Assembly: GCA_030605345.1 (NCBI GenBank)
Contig: JAUWIN010000004.1
Location: 1-54,216 of the forward strand
Direction: 5' to 3'
DNA from: Candidatus Brocadiia bacterium
GTDB lineage: Bacteria; Planctomycetota; PUPC01
DNA: 54,216 nt
Position 1 is the stretch's first letter; the number at the start of each line of letters is the position of its first letter. Under the pieces are notes generated by a model. The model made no database searches. It saw only the letters and a program-made list of their open reading frames with translations, and was not told where the DNA came from. Positions 1-11,770 of this stretch are shown here, in pieces. Both the position numbers and the translations under genes were made by a program.

Positions 1-1
1 G

Positions 2-451
2 ATTGTCGTTGTCGACCCAGCGACAGGGCGGGTGTTGTGGAAGACTAAGCCGGGCGGGGAGGTCCGCCGCCTTTTGTGCACCGAGGACAGGGTTTTCATT
101 GCGCACGAACTTGACGACTGTTCAGTGGTATGCGAGAGGCTGAAGGACGGCAGGCGGATGTGGGCTACGGTGGTCGCCGAGAACAGCCGCTACCGCCCCG
201 GCGGCGACCCGGTACCGTTCATGGATATCGTTGGCGGCCGACTGATCACCGTGCAACATCTGAAAGGCAGGCCGGGCCGGAACCGAGCCCCGCTCATTGC
301 GGCAATCAGGGTCTCGTACGGCATGTTACTGAGGTGCATTGGCCTGAAGCCGACTAGCGGTTATAATGTGTTAGGGGCCAAGGCTGGCGGCGGCATTATC
401 GCCCTGATTACCGAGTCTGGCTTGATTGGCATATCGGCTGTCGGAGAATAG
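2..451 (+). CDS. C-terminal part of a PQQ-like beta-propeller repeat protein (5' truncated by window edge)
   Basis: The frame is open from base 2 ([15 protein letters not shown]...RLKDGRRMW), typical PQQ/BamB-like blade motifs. It lies directly upstream of the MoxR operon. Confidence 0.6.
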   Translation: MVVVDPATGRVLWKTKPGGEVRRLLCTEDRVFIAHELDDCSVVCERLKDGRRMWATVVAENSRYRPGGDPVPFMDIVGGRLITVQHLKGRPGRNRAPLIAAIRVSYGMLLRCIGLKPTSGYNVLGAKAGGGIIALITESGLIGISAVGE

Positions 452-519
452 CCCGCAGGTTTGGCCGCCACATACCACACACAGGCCTGTGGCGCGGGAC
501 GAACAATTGGAGGAATGGA

Positions 520-1634
<1,115 letters not shown>

Positions 1635-1638
<4 letters not shown>

Positions 1639-1748
1639 AAAACACGATTTATCTGGCCGACAACATGGAGGTCCTGCCGACCATCGCCGACCGGTCGGTG
1701 AACCTCATTTATGTCGACCCGCCGTTCAACACTGGCAAGGTGCAGTAG
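1635..1748 (+). pseudogene. N-terminal remnant of a beta-class N4/N6 site-specific DNA methyltransferase
   Basis: [37 protein letters not shown] contains motif IV (DPPF). The ATG overlaps the moxR stop (ATGA). TAG at 1746-1748; no SAM-binding motif I follows. Confidence 0.75.
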
Positions 1749-1851
1749 CGCACGAGGATGAAAGCTGTCCACATAACTGACGATGCGGGGCCTCTCAAGC
1801 GGTTTGAGCACGCCTGGCAGCAATACGGCCTCGAGAGCGAGGGTTGACTTC

Positions 1852-2769
1852 GTGGCGCAGGTTGAAACGAACGAGGATTACAAGAAGTACCTCGACCCGA
1901 AGGTCCTTTCTCGGATTTCGCGGCTGGACATCAAGGCGCGGCTGATAGTTGAAGGCTATGTGTCGGGCCTGCACAAGAGCCCTTTCCACGGCTTCAGCGT
2001 CGAGTTCGCCCAGCACCGGGAGTATTCGCCGGGTGACGACCTGAAGCACCTCGACTGGAAGGTCTTCGGCAAGACCGACCGGTTCTACGTCAAGCAGTAC
2101 GAGGAGGAGACCAACCTCCGCGGCTGGATTCTGCTCGACATCTCCGAGTCGATGGACTACCGGTCGGGAGAGGTGTCGAAGCTGGAATACGGCTCGTACA
2201 TCGCCGCATCGCTCGCTTTCCTGATGCTCCAGCAGCAGGACTCCGCCGGGTTAGTATTGTTCGACGACCAGATTCGCACCCTTCTCAAGCCGTCGGGGCA
2301 GCCGTCGCACCTGAAACTGATTACCCGCGAACTCGCCGAGGCGAAGCCTACCGGCCGCTCGAAGGTGGGAACAATCTTCAACGACCTCGCCGAGCGGCTC
2401 AAACACCGCGGGCTAATCATCCTCATCTCCGACCTGTTCGTCGATCCCGGGGAACTCGCTGTGGGACTGCAACACTTCCGGCACAAGCGTCACGAAGTCG
2501 TCCTGTTCCACGTCCTCGACGATTACGAGCGGACGTTCCCGTTCAGGGACCTCACCATGTTCAAGGGGCTTGAAGGATACGAAGACGTTTTCGCCGAGCC
2601 GCGGTCGCTGCGGGATGGCTACATCGCCGAGATGGAGAACTTCGTCAAGCACGTGAAGCGGACGTGTCGGCAGCACAAGATCGACTACGTGCCGATGACC
2701 ACCAGTGACTCGCTGGAGGCGGCCCTCAGCGCCTATCTGGCTGGCCGCCTGGCGATGAGAGGGAAATAA
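1852..2769 (+). CDS. DUF58 domain (vWA-like) protein, MoxR partner
   Basis: GLHKSPFHGFSVEFAQHREYSPGDDLKHLDWK and YVKQYEEET signatures. GTG start at 1852 chosen for its GAGGG RBS (ORF track start 1783). Confidence 0.92.
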   Translation: MAQVETNEDYKKYLDPKVLSRISRLDIKARLIVEGYVSGLHKSPFHGFSVEFAQHREYSPGDDLKHLDWKVFGKTDRFYVKQYEEETNLRGWILLDISESMDYRSGEVSKLEYGSYIAASLAFLMLQQQDSAGLVLFDDQIRTLLKPSGQPSHLKLITRELAEAKPTGRSKVGTIFNDLAERLKHRGLIILISDLFVDPGELAVGLQHFRHKRHEVVLFHVLDDYERTFPFRDLTMFKGLEGYEDVFAEPRSLRDGYIAEMENFVKHVKRTCRQHKIDYVPMTTSDSLEAALSAYLAGRLAMRGK

Positions 2770-2892
2770 CGGCCGACACGATGAATCTCGCGAAGGCGGT
2801 TCAGCTCATGCCCGCGATTGGAGTGACACCAGGCGCTGCGACGGATGTCGTGTAGGTGCTTTCGACTTCCAGATGACGAATAAAGGCGAGAG

Positions 2893-5115
2893 GTGTTTGA
2901 ACTGATCAACGGATGGATGGCGCTGGGTGCGCTCGGCGCGTCCATCCCCGTCATCATCCACCTGCTGAACCGGCGGCGGTTCAAAATCACCCGCTGGGCG
3001 GCAATGGAGTTCCTGCTGGCCTCGCTGCGGAAGAACTACAAGCGGGTGCGGATGGAGAATCTCCTGCTCCTGCTGCTGCGGGTCCTGATGTTCATCCTGA
3101 TTGCGCTCGCCCTTGCAAGGCCCAGGGTGACGGAATCAGGCGCGCTGGGCGCTCTGGGGACCGAAAGCCGCCACGCCATCATCGTCCTCGACAATTCCTT
3201 CAGCATGGGTTACCGCGAAGGCTCCGACACTTGCTTCGACCGGGCGAAAGATGTGGCTCAGCAGATACTGAATTCGCTCGACACGGGCGACGTGATTTCG
3301 CTTCTGGCAATGTCCGACGTGACCCGGCCGGTGATTAAGCAGGCGACGCTCGACGTCGGCCTGGTGAGGCAGGAGGTCAAGCGGATACGTCGTGGATGGG
3401 GTGCGACCGACGTGCGGGCGGCGCTGGTCGCCGCCGCCGGCTTGCTCGACTCGACCAAAAAGCCGCGGAAGGAGATATTCATCATCACCGACATGCAAGC
3501 GCTCGGATGGGGCAACAAAGGGGCGGAGCCAAGTTCCGAACTCGAATCTGCCCTCGAACACATCCGAAAACAGGCCAAAGTGTTCGTAGTCGATGTGGGG
3601 AGCGCCGAGCCGGAAAACCTGGCCGTCACCAAGCTGGCACCGGTCTCCAGTATCATCGGGACTGGGACTCAGTCGGAATTTGAGGGGGAGGGGTCCAACT
3701 TCGGCAGGACGCAGAAATCCGGCGTCCAGCTCAGGTGCCTGGTGGACAAGTTCAACCAGGGCGTCAAGACGCTCGACATTCCGCCCGGCAAGAGCAAAAC
3801 CACAACGCTCACCCACTCATTCCATACCAAGGGGATGCACGTTATCCAGGTTCAATTGGGGGAGGATAGGCTCCCGCCGGACAACGTCCGGCACCTGGCC
3901 GTCAACGTGGAGGAATTCGTCCGCACCCTGCTGGTCAACGGCGAGACCTCCACTGAGCCGGACGAAAACGAGACCTACTTCATCGAACGGGCGCTCAGTC
4001 CACCGACAGAACAGGTCGGCCTGAAAGTCTCACACGTCAAACCCACGACAATAACCGAGTTTGGTATATCGGGGGCCGACTTCGCAAAATACCGCCTGGT
4101 GGTGCTGGCCAACCTGGCTTCGCTGGCGGCGGAGAAGCCCGTGCTGCGGCTGGAAGACTACGTGAAACGCGGCGGGGCGCTGGTGGTGTTCCTTGGCGAC
4201 CGGGTCGATGCGGCGTTTTACAACCAACGGCTCTTCAAGGACGGCAATGGGCTGCTCCCGGCTCGGCTCGGTTCGGAAATGGGCACCACCGGACCCAACC
4301 GGAAGGGTACGCACATCGAGTTGCTCAAGCCCGTTCATCCGGCGTTCCGGCGCTTCACCGGGGAAAAGGCGTTCTTCATCAGCCGCTCGGTCCTGTTCTA
4401 TAAATACTACGAACTCCACCTGCCGAAGCAGCTCGAGGATGTCCGGGTTGTGGCGCAGTTCCACGGCGGCGGGCCAGCCATCGTTGAAAAGACGTTCGGC
4501 CGCGGCCGCGTGATGCTGTTTGCCTCCTCCTGCGACGCGGAGTGGAACAACTTTCCCACCTCCGCAGCGTATCTGGTTGTCGTGCACGACCTCCTCAGAC
4601 ACCTGGCGAGCGGGGAGTTCGAGCAAAGGAACGTCATCGTCCACCAGCCATACCGGCGCACCTTCGCACCTGCCGAACTCATCGACACGGTGAAGGTCCG
4701 CCGGCCTGACGGCGCCGAAAAAGAACTCCGCCCATACCTCATACGCCCTGCCGGGCGCCGCGCCTCTGAAGAAAGCGAGAACGCAACCCTGACGCTGACA
4801 CAAATCCGCTTTCTGGAAACCGACGTGGCAGGACAATACAAACTCGAACTCCGGCGGAAAGACGGGAGCCGACCCCCAATAGAATATTTCGCGGTGAACG
4901 TTCCTCCGCAGGAGAGCGACCTCCGGCGTTACGCGCCTGATGACGCCAAGGCGGCCGTCAAGGGCATTCAATTCGAATATGCCACGAGCCTGGCGGAATT
5001 GAAGCTGGCGGTGCGGCAGAGCAGGGCCGGGCGGGAGTTTGCCCGGCCGCTCTTGCTGGCGCTGCTTGCGGTCACGTGCGTCGAACTCATCCTCGGGCAG
5101 AGGTTCGGAAGATGA
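2893..5115 (+). CDS. BatA N-terminal / vWA domain membrane protein
   Basis: N-terminal IPVIIHLLNRRR..WAAMEFL (BatA), MIDAS DNSFSM, IITDMQ, C-terminal TM helix; MoxR operon context. Confidence 0.88.
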   Translation: MFELINGWMALGALGASIPVIIHLLNRRRFKITRWAAMEFLLASLRKNYKRVRMENLLLLLLRVLMFILIALALARPRVTESGALGALGTESRHAIIVLDNSFSMGYREGSDTCFDRAKDVAQQILNSLDTGDVISLLAMSDVTRPVIKQATLDVGLVRQEVKRIRRGWGATDVRAALVAAAGLLDSTKKPRKEIFIITDMQALGWGNKGAEPSSELESALEHIRKQAKVFVVDVGSAEPENLAVTKLAPVSSIIGTGTQSEFEGEGSNFGRTQKSGVQLRCLVDKFNQGVKTLDIPPGKSKTTTLTHSFHTKGMHVIQVQLGEDRLPPDNVRHLAVNVEEFVRTLLVNGETSTEPDENETYFIERALSPPTEQVGLKVSHVKPTTITEFGISGADFAKYRLVVLANLASLAAEKPVLRLEDYVKRGGALVVFLGDRVDAAFYNQRLFKDGNGLLPARLGSEMGTTGPNRKGTHIELLKPVHPAFRRFTGEKAFFISRSVLFYKYYELHLPKQLEDVRVVAQFHGGGPAIVEKTFGRGRVMLFASSCDAEWNNFPTSAAYLVVVHDLLRHLASGEFEQRNVIVHQPYRRTFAPAELIDTVKVRRPDGAEKELRPYLIRPAGRRASEESENATLTLTQIRFLETDVAGQYKLELRRKDGSRPPIEYFAVNVPPQESDLRRYAPDDAKAAVKGIQFEYATSLAELKLAVRQSRAGREFARPLLLALLAVTCVELILGQRFGR

Positions 5116-7562
5116 GGGACTTGCTGCTCAAACTCTTCAACCTGGACCGGGCGGATTTCAGCGCCGCCGAGGGGTGGAAACTGCGCCTGATGAGCGAATG
5201 GGCACCCGCTGTGGTAGTCTTCGCCTGCCTGGCGCTGGTCGTGTTGGTGTGGCAGATATACAAACGCGAGAAGGGCACCGCCTCGGCCAGGTTCAAACTA
5301 ATGCTCGCCCTGCTCAGGCTGCTCGCCCTGGCGGTTCTGGTCTTCGTCCTCCTCGCTCCGGCCGTAGTCATCGTCCGGTCCGAACTCAAGGAATCATACG
5401 TGGTCATTCTGGCGGACAAATCTGACAGCATGAATCTGGAAGACAAGTATCGCGACGACGAGACGCTCGCCCGCCTGGCTTATGCGGTTGGCCTGAGGGA
5501 GAAGCTGGCCCCCTCGGAGCCGGTCGAGCTGGAGGTCGCCGAAGAGATCCGCGCCATGTCCCGCGCCGAAATCGCAAACCGGGCGCTGGCAAACCCGAAG
5601 CTCGACTTAGTTGGCCGGATTGCACAGAACGCGAAGGTCCGACAGTTTGTGTTCGCGTCAACCATCTCGCCAGCGCCGGTGGCCGGGCCTGAGAGCAGAC
5701 CTGAAGGGAGCGGGCCGGAATCGAAACCGACGCAACAGACCGTCCGCCCGCTGGTCATCAAGCCAGACGGGCCGGTGACGCAGATCGGCGAGAGCATCCG
5801 CGACGCGGTTGCCGAGCTGCGAGGCCAGCGCATCGCTGCCATGGTCGTCCTCTCGGACTGGTGCTCCAACAGCGGCCTCCCGCCCACCGAGGCCACCCGG
5901 TACGCCCTCGACGCCAAGTCGGCATTTCCCATCTTCACCGTGGGCGTCGGCGACCCGGCAGGGCAGCGCGACATCGTCGTCTCCAGCGTCTCCGCAAACA
6001 CCGTCGCCTTCCTCAACGACCCGCTGATGTTCAACGTCGCCATCGAGCAGTCCGGCTACGACGGCGCGGTGGTCCCGCTTGAACTCCGCCTGGGCGAGAA
6101 AATTGTGGCCACCAGGAACATCACCCTGGTGCCCGGCTACAAGTATTACACCATCTCGCACAAACCCTCGAAGAAGGGAGTGTGCAAATATCGGGTCTCC
6201 GTCCCGGCGCGGGACGACGAGCTTTCAGCCCGGAACAACGTCACCGAGCACACAGTAACGGTGAAGGATGACAAGATCAGGGTGCTGCTCATCGCCGCCG
6301 CCCCGAGCTGGGAGTGGCGCTTCCTCAAGGCGGCGCTTGTCCGCGACAAGTCGGTTCGTCTCTGCGCCTGGCTTCAGTCCGCTGACCGCCACTGGACAAT
6401 GGCGGGGGGCAAGCAGCTCGACCACCTTCCTCTGAACAAGAAGGAACTGGTGGACAACTACGACGTGGTCTTCATGCTGGGGGCGTCTCCCGACACCTTC
6501 TCCGAAGAGCAGCTCGACAACATCAGGTCGTTCGTGGGTGATTTCGGCGGCGGCCTCATCTTCTCCGCCGGAGCCGGTGCGCTGTGTGAGGGGTTTGCGA
6601 ACACCGCTCTGGCGAAGTGCCTGCCTGTGTCGCTCGAATCGCCCACCGATTTCCGGTTCACCCGCGCGCCGATGTATTCCTTCGAATTGCACGTCACGCC
6701 CGAAGGATGGGCGCACCCGGCGATGAAACTAGCCCAAGACGCGCACCAGAACCGTGAACTGTGGGAGCACCTGCCAAAATTGTTCTGGTTCCACCCGATC
6801 GAAAAAGTCAAGCCCGGTGCGCGGGTGCTGGCGACCCATTCGGAAGAGAAAAGCGAGCGCGGCTTGTTCCCCATCTTCGTCGAGCAGCGCTACGGCGCCG
6901 GGAAGGTGTTCTTTTCCGCCACCGACGAAACCTGGCGCTGGCGGTTTATCATCGGGGACAAATATTTCTATCAGTTCTGGCGGCAGACCATCGGGCTTAT
7001 CGCAGCCAACAAACTGCTCGGCAGCGCAAAGCGCCTTACCATCTCTGTGGCCAGGAACAAATATAGTATCGGACAGAAGGTCGAAATCGAGGCCAGGGTG
7101 CTCGACCAGATGCTCCGGCCGTCCGGCGAGAAATCACTAATGGCCACCCTCGCCCTCCCCGGCGGAAGCACCAGAAAACTCGACCTGGCCCTCGTCGCGC
7201 CGAACCAGGGGCTCTATCGCGGCTCCTTCATCCCGCGCAAGATCGGCAGCTACGCCGCCCGGGTGCGTCCCAGCCCGACCGAAGAGGCCGAAACCGTCCC
7301 CTTCAGCGTGACGATGTCCACCCTCGAAAGCGAGAGCCGCCGGCTCGACCTGGAAACTATGAAGGCCGTCGCCAAAAAGACCTCCGCCGCCTGGTTCACC
7401 ATCGACCAGATTGGCCGAATACCGGAAAAGATAAAGAGCGAATCAACGAACATCACCACCGAACACCCGACGGAAATCTGGGATTCGTGGGGCTGCCTGC
7501 TGCTGTTCACAATCCCGCTCGCCTGCGAATGGTGGCTGCGAAAACGCAGACTGCTGACCTGA
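5112..7562 (+). CDS. vWA / glutamine amidotransferase-like domain membrane protein (MoxR operon)
   Basis: N-terminal TM helices, DKSDSM MIDAS-like motif, WEWRFL, ETWRWR and a C-terminal EWWLRKR motif. ATG at 5112 overlaps the upstream stop. Confidence 0.85.
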   Translation: MRDLLLKLFNLDRADFSAAEGWKLRLMSEWAPAVVVFACLALVVLVWQIYKREKGTASARFKLMLALLRLLALAVLVFVLLAPAVVIVRSELKESYVVILADKSDSMNLEDKYRDDETLARLAYAVGLREKLAPSEPVELEVAEEIRAMSRAEIANRALANPKLDLVGRIAQNAKVRQFVFASTISPAPVAGPESRPEGSGPESKPTQQTVRPLVIKPDGPVTQIGESIRDAVAELRGQRIAAMVVLSDWCSNSGLPPTEATRYALDAKSAFPIFTVGVGDPAGQRDIVVSSVSANTVAFLNDPLMFNVAIEQSGYDGAVVPLELRLGEKIVATRNITLVPGYKYYTISHKPSKKGVCKYRVSVPARDDELSARNNVTEHTVTVKDDKIRVLLIAAAPSWEWRFLKAALVRDKSVRLCAWLQSADRHWTMAGGKQLDHLPLNKKELVDNYDVVFMLGASPDTFSEEQLDNIRSFVGDFGGGLIFSAGAGALCEGFANTALAKCLPVSLESPTDFRFTRAPMYSFELHVTPEGWAHPAMKLAQDAHQNRELWEHLPKLFWFHPIEKVKPGARVLATHSEEKSERGLFPIFVEQRYGAGKVFFSATDETWRWRFIIGDKYFYQFWRQTIGLIAANKLLGSAKRLTISVARNKYSIGQKVEIEARVLDQMLRPSGEKSLMATLALPGGSTRKLDLALVAPNQGLYRGSFIPRKIGSYAARVRPSPTEEAETVPFSVTMSTLESESRRLDLETMKAVAKKTSAAWFTIDQIGRIPEKIKSESTNITTEHPTEIWDSWGCLLLFTIPLACEWWLRKRRLLT

Positions 7563-7616
7563 CCCCGCACCGAAGTCGCCGCGTATTTTCTTTTTCTGCC
7601 GCCGTGAATAGACAGC

Positions 7617-8393
7617 TCAAGGGACGTCAAATTCCGCCGCCAGGAAAGTGTGGTCGGAAGACTTGGGAAGCCTCCGTGGGTCGAGGTCAATCAGGGCGTC
7701 AGTTGACCTATTCGCAAGCGGTCTGGTCGCCAGGATATGGTCCACCCGCCAACCCTTCCCCTCCTTGACCGCATTGCGGGAGCGGTAGTCGAAAAACGTG
7801 TACTGGCCGGACTCGGGGTGGTGCTTTCTGAACACGTCCACAAAGCCCCACTCGACAACGCTCTGAAACGCTGCCTGCACCTCCGGATTAAAGCACACGT
7901 GCCCCAGGAGCCGCTTGGGGTCGTGAACGTCGATGTCCGTGGGCGCTACGTTCAGGTCACCACACCACAACACCTTTTCCTTCGACGCATAATGTTTCTG
8001 GAAGAACTTCGCCAAGCGCGAGAACCACTCCAACTTGTATTTGTAAACCGGCAGTTTGACGTCCCTGCCCTGCGGGACGTATGTGTTCACGATGTGCACG
8101 CCCTCGTAGGTCCCGCGGACGAGCCGTGTCTCGTCGCGCGGGCCGCCGTCGTCGAGGCCGTACGAAACGTCCTTCAGTTCGCCGGAACTGATAATCGCCA
8201 CCCCGTTGTACGACTTCTCGCCCTTGAACACCACCTGGTAACCGGCCTGCTCGAAATCGCCCGCCGGGAAGGAGTCGTCCGGCACCTTTGTCTCTTGCAC
8301 GCACAGCACGTCCGGCTGGTGTTTCGCAAGCCAATCCAACAGGATCGGCATCCGCGCACGAATAGAATTGGCATTAAACGTCGCGACCTTCAT
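7617..8393 (-). CDS. xth: Exodeoxyribonuclease III
   Basis: ATFNANSIRAR, VQETK, SYNGVA, GDLNVAP, GWRVDH and SDH motifs. Confidence 0.95.
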   Translation of the reverse strand: MKVATFNANSIRARMPILLDWLAKHQPDVLCVQETKVPDDSFPAGDFEQAGYQVVFKGEKSYNGVAIISSGELKDVSYGLDDGGPRDETRLVRGTYEGVHIVNTYVPQGRDVKLPVYKYKLEWFSRLAKFFQKHYASKEKVLWCGDLNVAPTDIDVHDPKRLLGHVCFNPEVQAAFQSVVEWGFVDVFRKHHPESGQYTFFDYRSRNAVKEGKGWRVDHILATRPLANRSTDALIDLDPRRLPKSSDHTFLAAEFDVP

Positions 8394-8483
8394 CGGAATC
8401 CTACCGCGCCCGGACCGGCGTAATTAGAGCCACTCTCCGGTTTGCCCCTCTACAATGCCGACGGTCGGCTCGGAGCGCCGATT

Positions 8484-9695
8484 TCAGACATTATTCAGAA
8501 GATGCCCAAGTCTGGCCGTCTTCGTCTTGAGATACTTCATGTTCGTTTCCCTGGGCGAGACTTCAATCGGCACCCGCTCCACAATCTCGATGCCGTAGCC
8601 GGACAAGGCCGCATACTTCCTCGGGTTGTTCGTCAACAGCCGGATTCGGCTGAGGCCAAGGTCGCGAAGTATCTGCGCGCCGATCCCGTAGTCGCGCCCG
8701 TCGGGCTGATAGCCGAGTTTTTCGTTGGCCTCCACCGTGTCCATGCCGTCGTCCTGTAAGTTGTATGCGTGCAGTTTATCCTCCAGGCCGATGCCGCGGC
8801 CCTCCTGCCGCATATAAAGGAGCACTCCGCATCCCTCCTCCGCGATCATCTGCTGAGCTTTTTCGAGTTGCTCGCCGCAGTCGCACCGGACGGAATGGAA
8901 AATATCGCCCGTCAGGCATTCGGAATGCACCCGCACAAGTACCGGCTGCTCCTGCGTAACTCCCGGCTTGATGCCACCGATACAAAGCGCCAGGTGAATA
9001 TAGTCGTCGATGTCCGAGCGGTAACAATGCAGCTCGAATTTGCCGAGCGTGGTGGGCAGGCGCACCGCCGTAATGTGGCTGATGAGCCTCTCCTCACTCC
9101 TACGGTAGAAAATCAAATCCTTGATGGTGCACATCTTCAGGCCGTGCTTCCGGCAGTACACCTCCAGTTGCGGCACCCTGGCCATAGTTCCGTCGTCGTT
9201 CATAATCTCGCAGATTACCCCCGCCGACTGGAGGCCCGCCAGCCGCGCCAGGTCCACCGCCGCCTCGGTATGGCCGGCGCGGACCAGCACACCGCCGTCG
9301 CGCGCCCGCAGCGGGAACACATGTCCGGGCCGGCGGAGGTCCTCCGGTCTCGCGTCAGGGCGCACCGCCGTGCGGATGGTCTTTGCTCTGTCCGCGGCCG
9401 AGATACCTGTGGTGGTGCCTTCCCTGGCTCCGATGGAGATGGTGAAGGCGCAGAGGTTCTTGGGCCTGTCTCCGGGCAGGAGTTGAAGTTTGAGTCTGTC
9501 GCAGGTCTCACCCGTAAGCGGCAGGCAGACCAGGCCGCCGCCGAACTTTCGCATGAAGTTAACTGTCTCCGGCGTGACCTTCTCCGCCGCCATAACAAGG
9601 TCGCCCTCATTCTCACGACTTTCGTCGTCCACCACCCCCACCATCTTGCCCGCGGCGATGTCCGCCAGAACGTCGGGAATTGACGAAAACCCCAT
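8484..9695 (-). CDS. ribBA: Bifunctional DHBP synthase / GTP cyclohydrolase II
   Basis: [41 protein letters not shown] and [11 protein letters not shown] at 9695 follows a GGAGGAG RBS. Confidence 0.96.
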   Translation of the reverse strand: MGFSSIPDVLADIAAGKMVGVVDDESRENEGDLVMAAEKVTPETVNFMRKFGGGLVCLPLTGETCDRLKLQLLPGDRPKNLCAFTISIGAREGTTTGISAADRAKTIRTAVRPDARPEDLRRPGHVFPLRARDGGVLVRAGHTEAAVDLARLAGLQSAGVICEIMNDDGTMARVPQLEVYCRKHGLKMCTIKDLIFYRRSEERLISHITAVRLPTTLGKFELHCYRSDIDDYIHLALCIGGIKPGVTQEQPVLVRVHSECLTGDIFHSVRCDCGEQLEKAQQMIAEEGCGVLLYMRQEGRGIGLEDKLHAYNLQDDGMDTVEANEKLGYQPDGRDYGIGAQILRDLGLSRIRLLTNNPRKYAALSGYGIEIVERVPIEVSPRETNMKYLKTKTARLGHLLNNV

Positions 9696-9806
9696 TACTC
9701 CTCCTCGCAGGTTATTTCCCCTGCGCCGGATTATAACCCGGCGTGCCGGGCCAGTCAATCCTGTCGGAAGGCGCCGGACTCATCGCTCGCCGCCCGCCCG
9801 GGCGTA

Positions 9807-9835
9807 TTGACTTGGCCGATGTTCACTGCTATACT
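9807..9835 (+). promoter_or_regulatory. Sigma70 promoter of tRNA-Asp
   Basis: TTGACT-17bp-TATACT, 18 nt upstream of the tRNA. Confidence 0.8.
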
Positions 9836-9853
9836 TTGGGAGGTAATACAAGT

Positions 9854-9931
9854 GGGGCCGTAGCTCAACTTGGTTAGAGTACCAGACTGTCGATCTGGGG
9901 GTTGCGGGTTCGAGTCCCGTCGGCCTCGCCA
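9854..9931 (+). tRNA. tRNA-Asp (GTC)
   Basis: Acceptor stem GGGGCCG/CGGCCTC, anticodon arm CCAGA-CTGTCGA-TCTGG, T-loop GGTTCGAGTCC and encoded CCA. Confidence 0.97.
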
Positions 9932-10179
9932 GTTCATCCTCGTACCTTACCCTACCTGCAGAAGTGCATGCGGCCGGGTGCCAGTGGCACCCGGTCCGTG
10001 GTGCACTGCGGCTACAAGTCACTGTCGGTTCTTTTTTTAGCTACAGCGACCCGCCGGGGCAAAAATTATCCTTTAGCTGTGGGAGCTCAATGAGTAAAAT
10101 CCGCGTACACGGGCTTGCGAGGTAGGTGCAGGCGTTGCGGACAGCGCCGGCCAACTGGTAATTTTCAGGCGGTCAATCC

Positions 10180-11700
10180 ATGATCGAGATTGACGGTAGC
10201 TCGCTGACCATCCAAGCGGTGGTGAGCGTCAGCAAGGCCCGCGAGCGCGTCGCTCTGGCCGAGCGGGCGCTTCGGGCAATCCAGGAATCGCGTGACTTTG
10301 TCGAGAAGCTCTCCAAAGAGGGGCGCGCCGTCTATGGCGTTACCACTGGGGTAGGCGAACTCGCGCAGCGGGTGGTTTCCACGTCTGATCTTGAAAGACT
10401 TCAACTCAATCTTGTTCGCAGCCATGCGACGGGCGTGGGCGAGCCGCTCGACGAGGACATCGTCCGGGCGACCATGCTTCTCCGTGCCAACGCGCTGGCC
10501 AAGGGGTATTCGGGGGGGCGGCAAGAGCTGATTACCTTCCTGCTGGAGCTTCTCAACCGGGGGGTTTATCCCTACATCCCATCGCGGGGGTCCGTCGGTG
10601 CCAGCGGTGATTTGGTACCCCTGGCTCACCTTGCCCTGGTCATCGTGGGCGAGGGAGAGTGCCTGCGGGACGGCAAACGCCAGCCCTCCTCGGCCGCGCT
10701 CGAGGCGGTCGGCCTGGCGCCGATGACGTTGGCCTCCAAGGAGGGACTTGCCCTGACCAACGGGACCCAGGTAATGGCGGCCTCCGGTTGCCTTCTGGCA
10801 GCGCAGTCAAACGTGTTGGTCCGAAGCGCTCAAATCGCCGGCGCCATGAGTTTGGAGGCCCTGAGGGGCACAGACCAGGTGTTCGACGCCAGGATTCACC
10901 TCAGCCGGCCACACCCGGGTCAAATTCGTTGCGCCGCAAACATGCGTCGGCTGGTGGCGGACAGCGGCATCATCGCGTCACACAAGGAGTGCGATAAGGT
11001 TCAGGATGCATACACGCTGCGCTGCATCCCGCAGGTCTACGGTGCGGTTCTGGACACAATCTCTCACGTGGAAAAGGTGTTCTCGGTCGAGATTAACTCG
11101 GCCACGGACAACCCGCTCGTCTTCGCGGACGAGGGCGAAGTGCTCTCCTGCGGGAACTTCCATGGCGAGCCGCTGGCGTTCGCCGCGGACTTTCTGGGGA
11201 TCGCGCTGGCCGAAATCGCGAACATAGCCGAGCGCACCATCGACCGGCTGGTCAACCCACACCTCAGCGGCCTGCCGCCGTTCCTGGTGGCGAAGAGCGG
11301 CCTGAACACCGGCTTCATGATCTCGCAGTACACGGCGGCGGCGCTCGTGTCCGAAAACAAGGTGCTGGCGCATCCGGCCAGCGTTGACTCCATCCCCACG
11401 TCCGCGGGTCAGGAAGACCACGTCAGCATGGGCACGACCAGTGCGTGGCACGCGTGGATGATTCTGAAAAACGTAGAAAACGTCATCGCCATCGAACTCC
11501 TCTGCGCGGCACAGGCTATCGATTTCCATGAGCAAGCGGCGGGCGCGGGGCCCCGCGCGGCCCACGACCTGATTCGACAGCACGTGAAACATCTGGACGA
11601 TGACCGCGCCCTTTATCGCGATATCGAGACGGTTCGGGACCTCGTGGCGTCGGGCGTGGTCGTCCAGGCCGTGGAAGAGCAGATTGGCGCTCTGGAATGA
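10180..11700 (+). CDS. hutH: Histidine ammonia-lyase
   Basis: VYGVTTG, MIO-forming GASGDL, KEGLALTNGTQ, QDAYTLRC, GNFHG and QEDHVSMG. Confidence 0.96.
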   Translation: MIEIDGSSLTIQAVVSVSKARERVALAERALRAIQESRDFVEKLSKEGRAVYGVTTGVGELAQRVVSTSDLERLQLNLVRSHATGVGEPLDEDIVRATMLLRANALAKGYSGGRQELITFLLELLNRGVYPYIPSRGSVGASGDLVPLAHLALVIVGEGECLRDGKRQPSSAALEAVGLAPMTLASKEGLALTNGTQVMAASGCLLAAQSNVLVRSAQIAGAMSLEALRGTDQVFDARIHLSRPHPGQIRCAANMRRLVADSGIIASHKECDKVQDAYTLRCIPQVYGAVLDTISHVEKVFSVEINSATDNPLVFADEGEVLSCGNFHGEPLAFAADFLGIALAEIANIAERTIDRLVNPHLSGLPPFLVAKSGLNTGFMISQYTAAALVSENKVLAHPASVDSIPTSAGQEDHVSMGTTSAWHAWMILKNVENVIAIELLCAAQAIDFHEQAAGAGPRAAHDLIRQHVKHLDDDRALYRDIETVRDLVASGVVVQAVEEQIGALE

Positions 11701-11770
11701 AAGGACTTACGGGCGAAACGGGTCGGGATTAGTCGTAGTGGCGCCCAACATTTGATTAGCGAGGTCTTCT

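Noticed and set aside
9696-9853. FMN riboswitch upstream of ribBA
   Set aside because: No RFN conserved sequence is present, and the short region holds the divergent tRNA promoter.
9854-10100. tRNA-Asp as an integration site for the hut operon
   Set aside because: I saw no duplicated tRNA 3' end and no integrase, and the hut genes have host-like composition. The palindrome at 9974-9994 is probably a terminator or REP.
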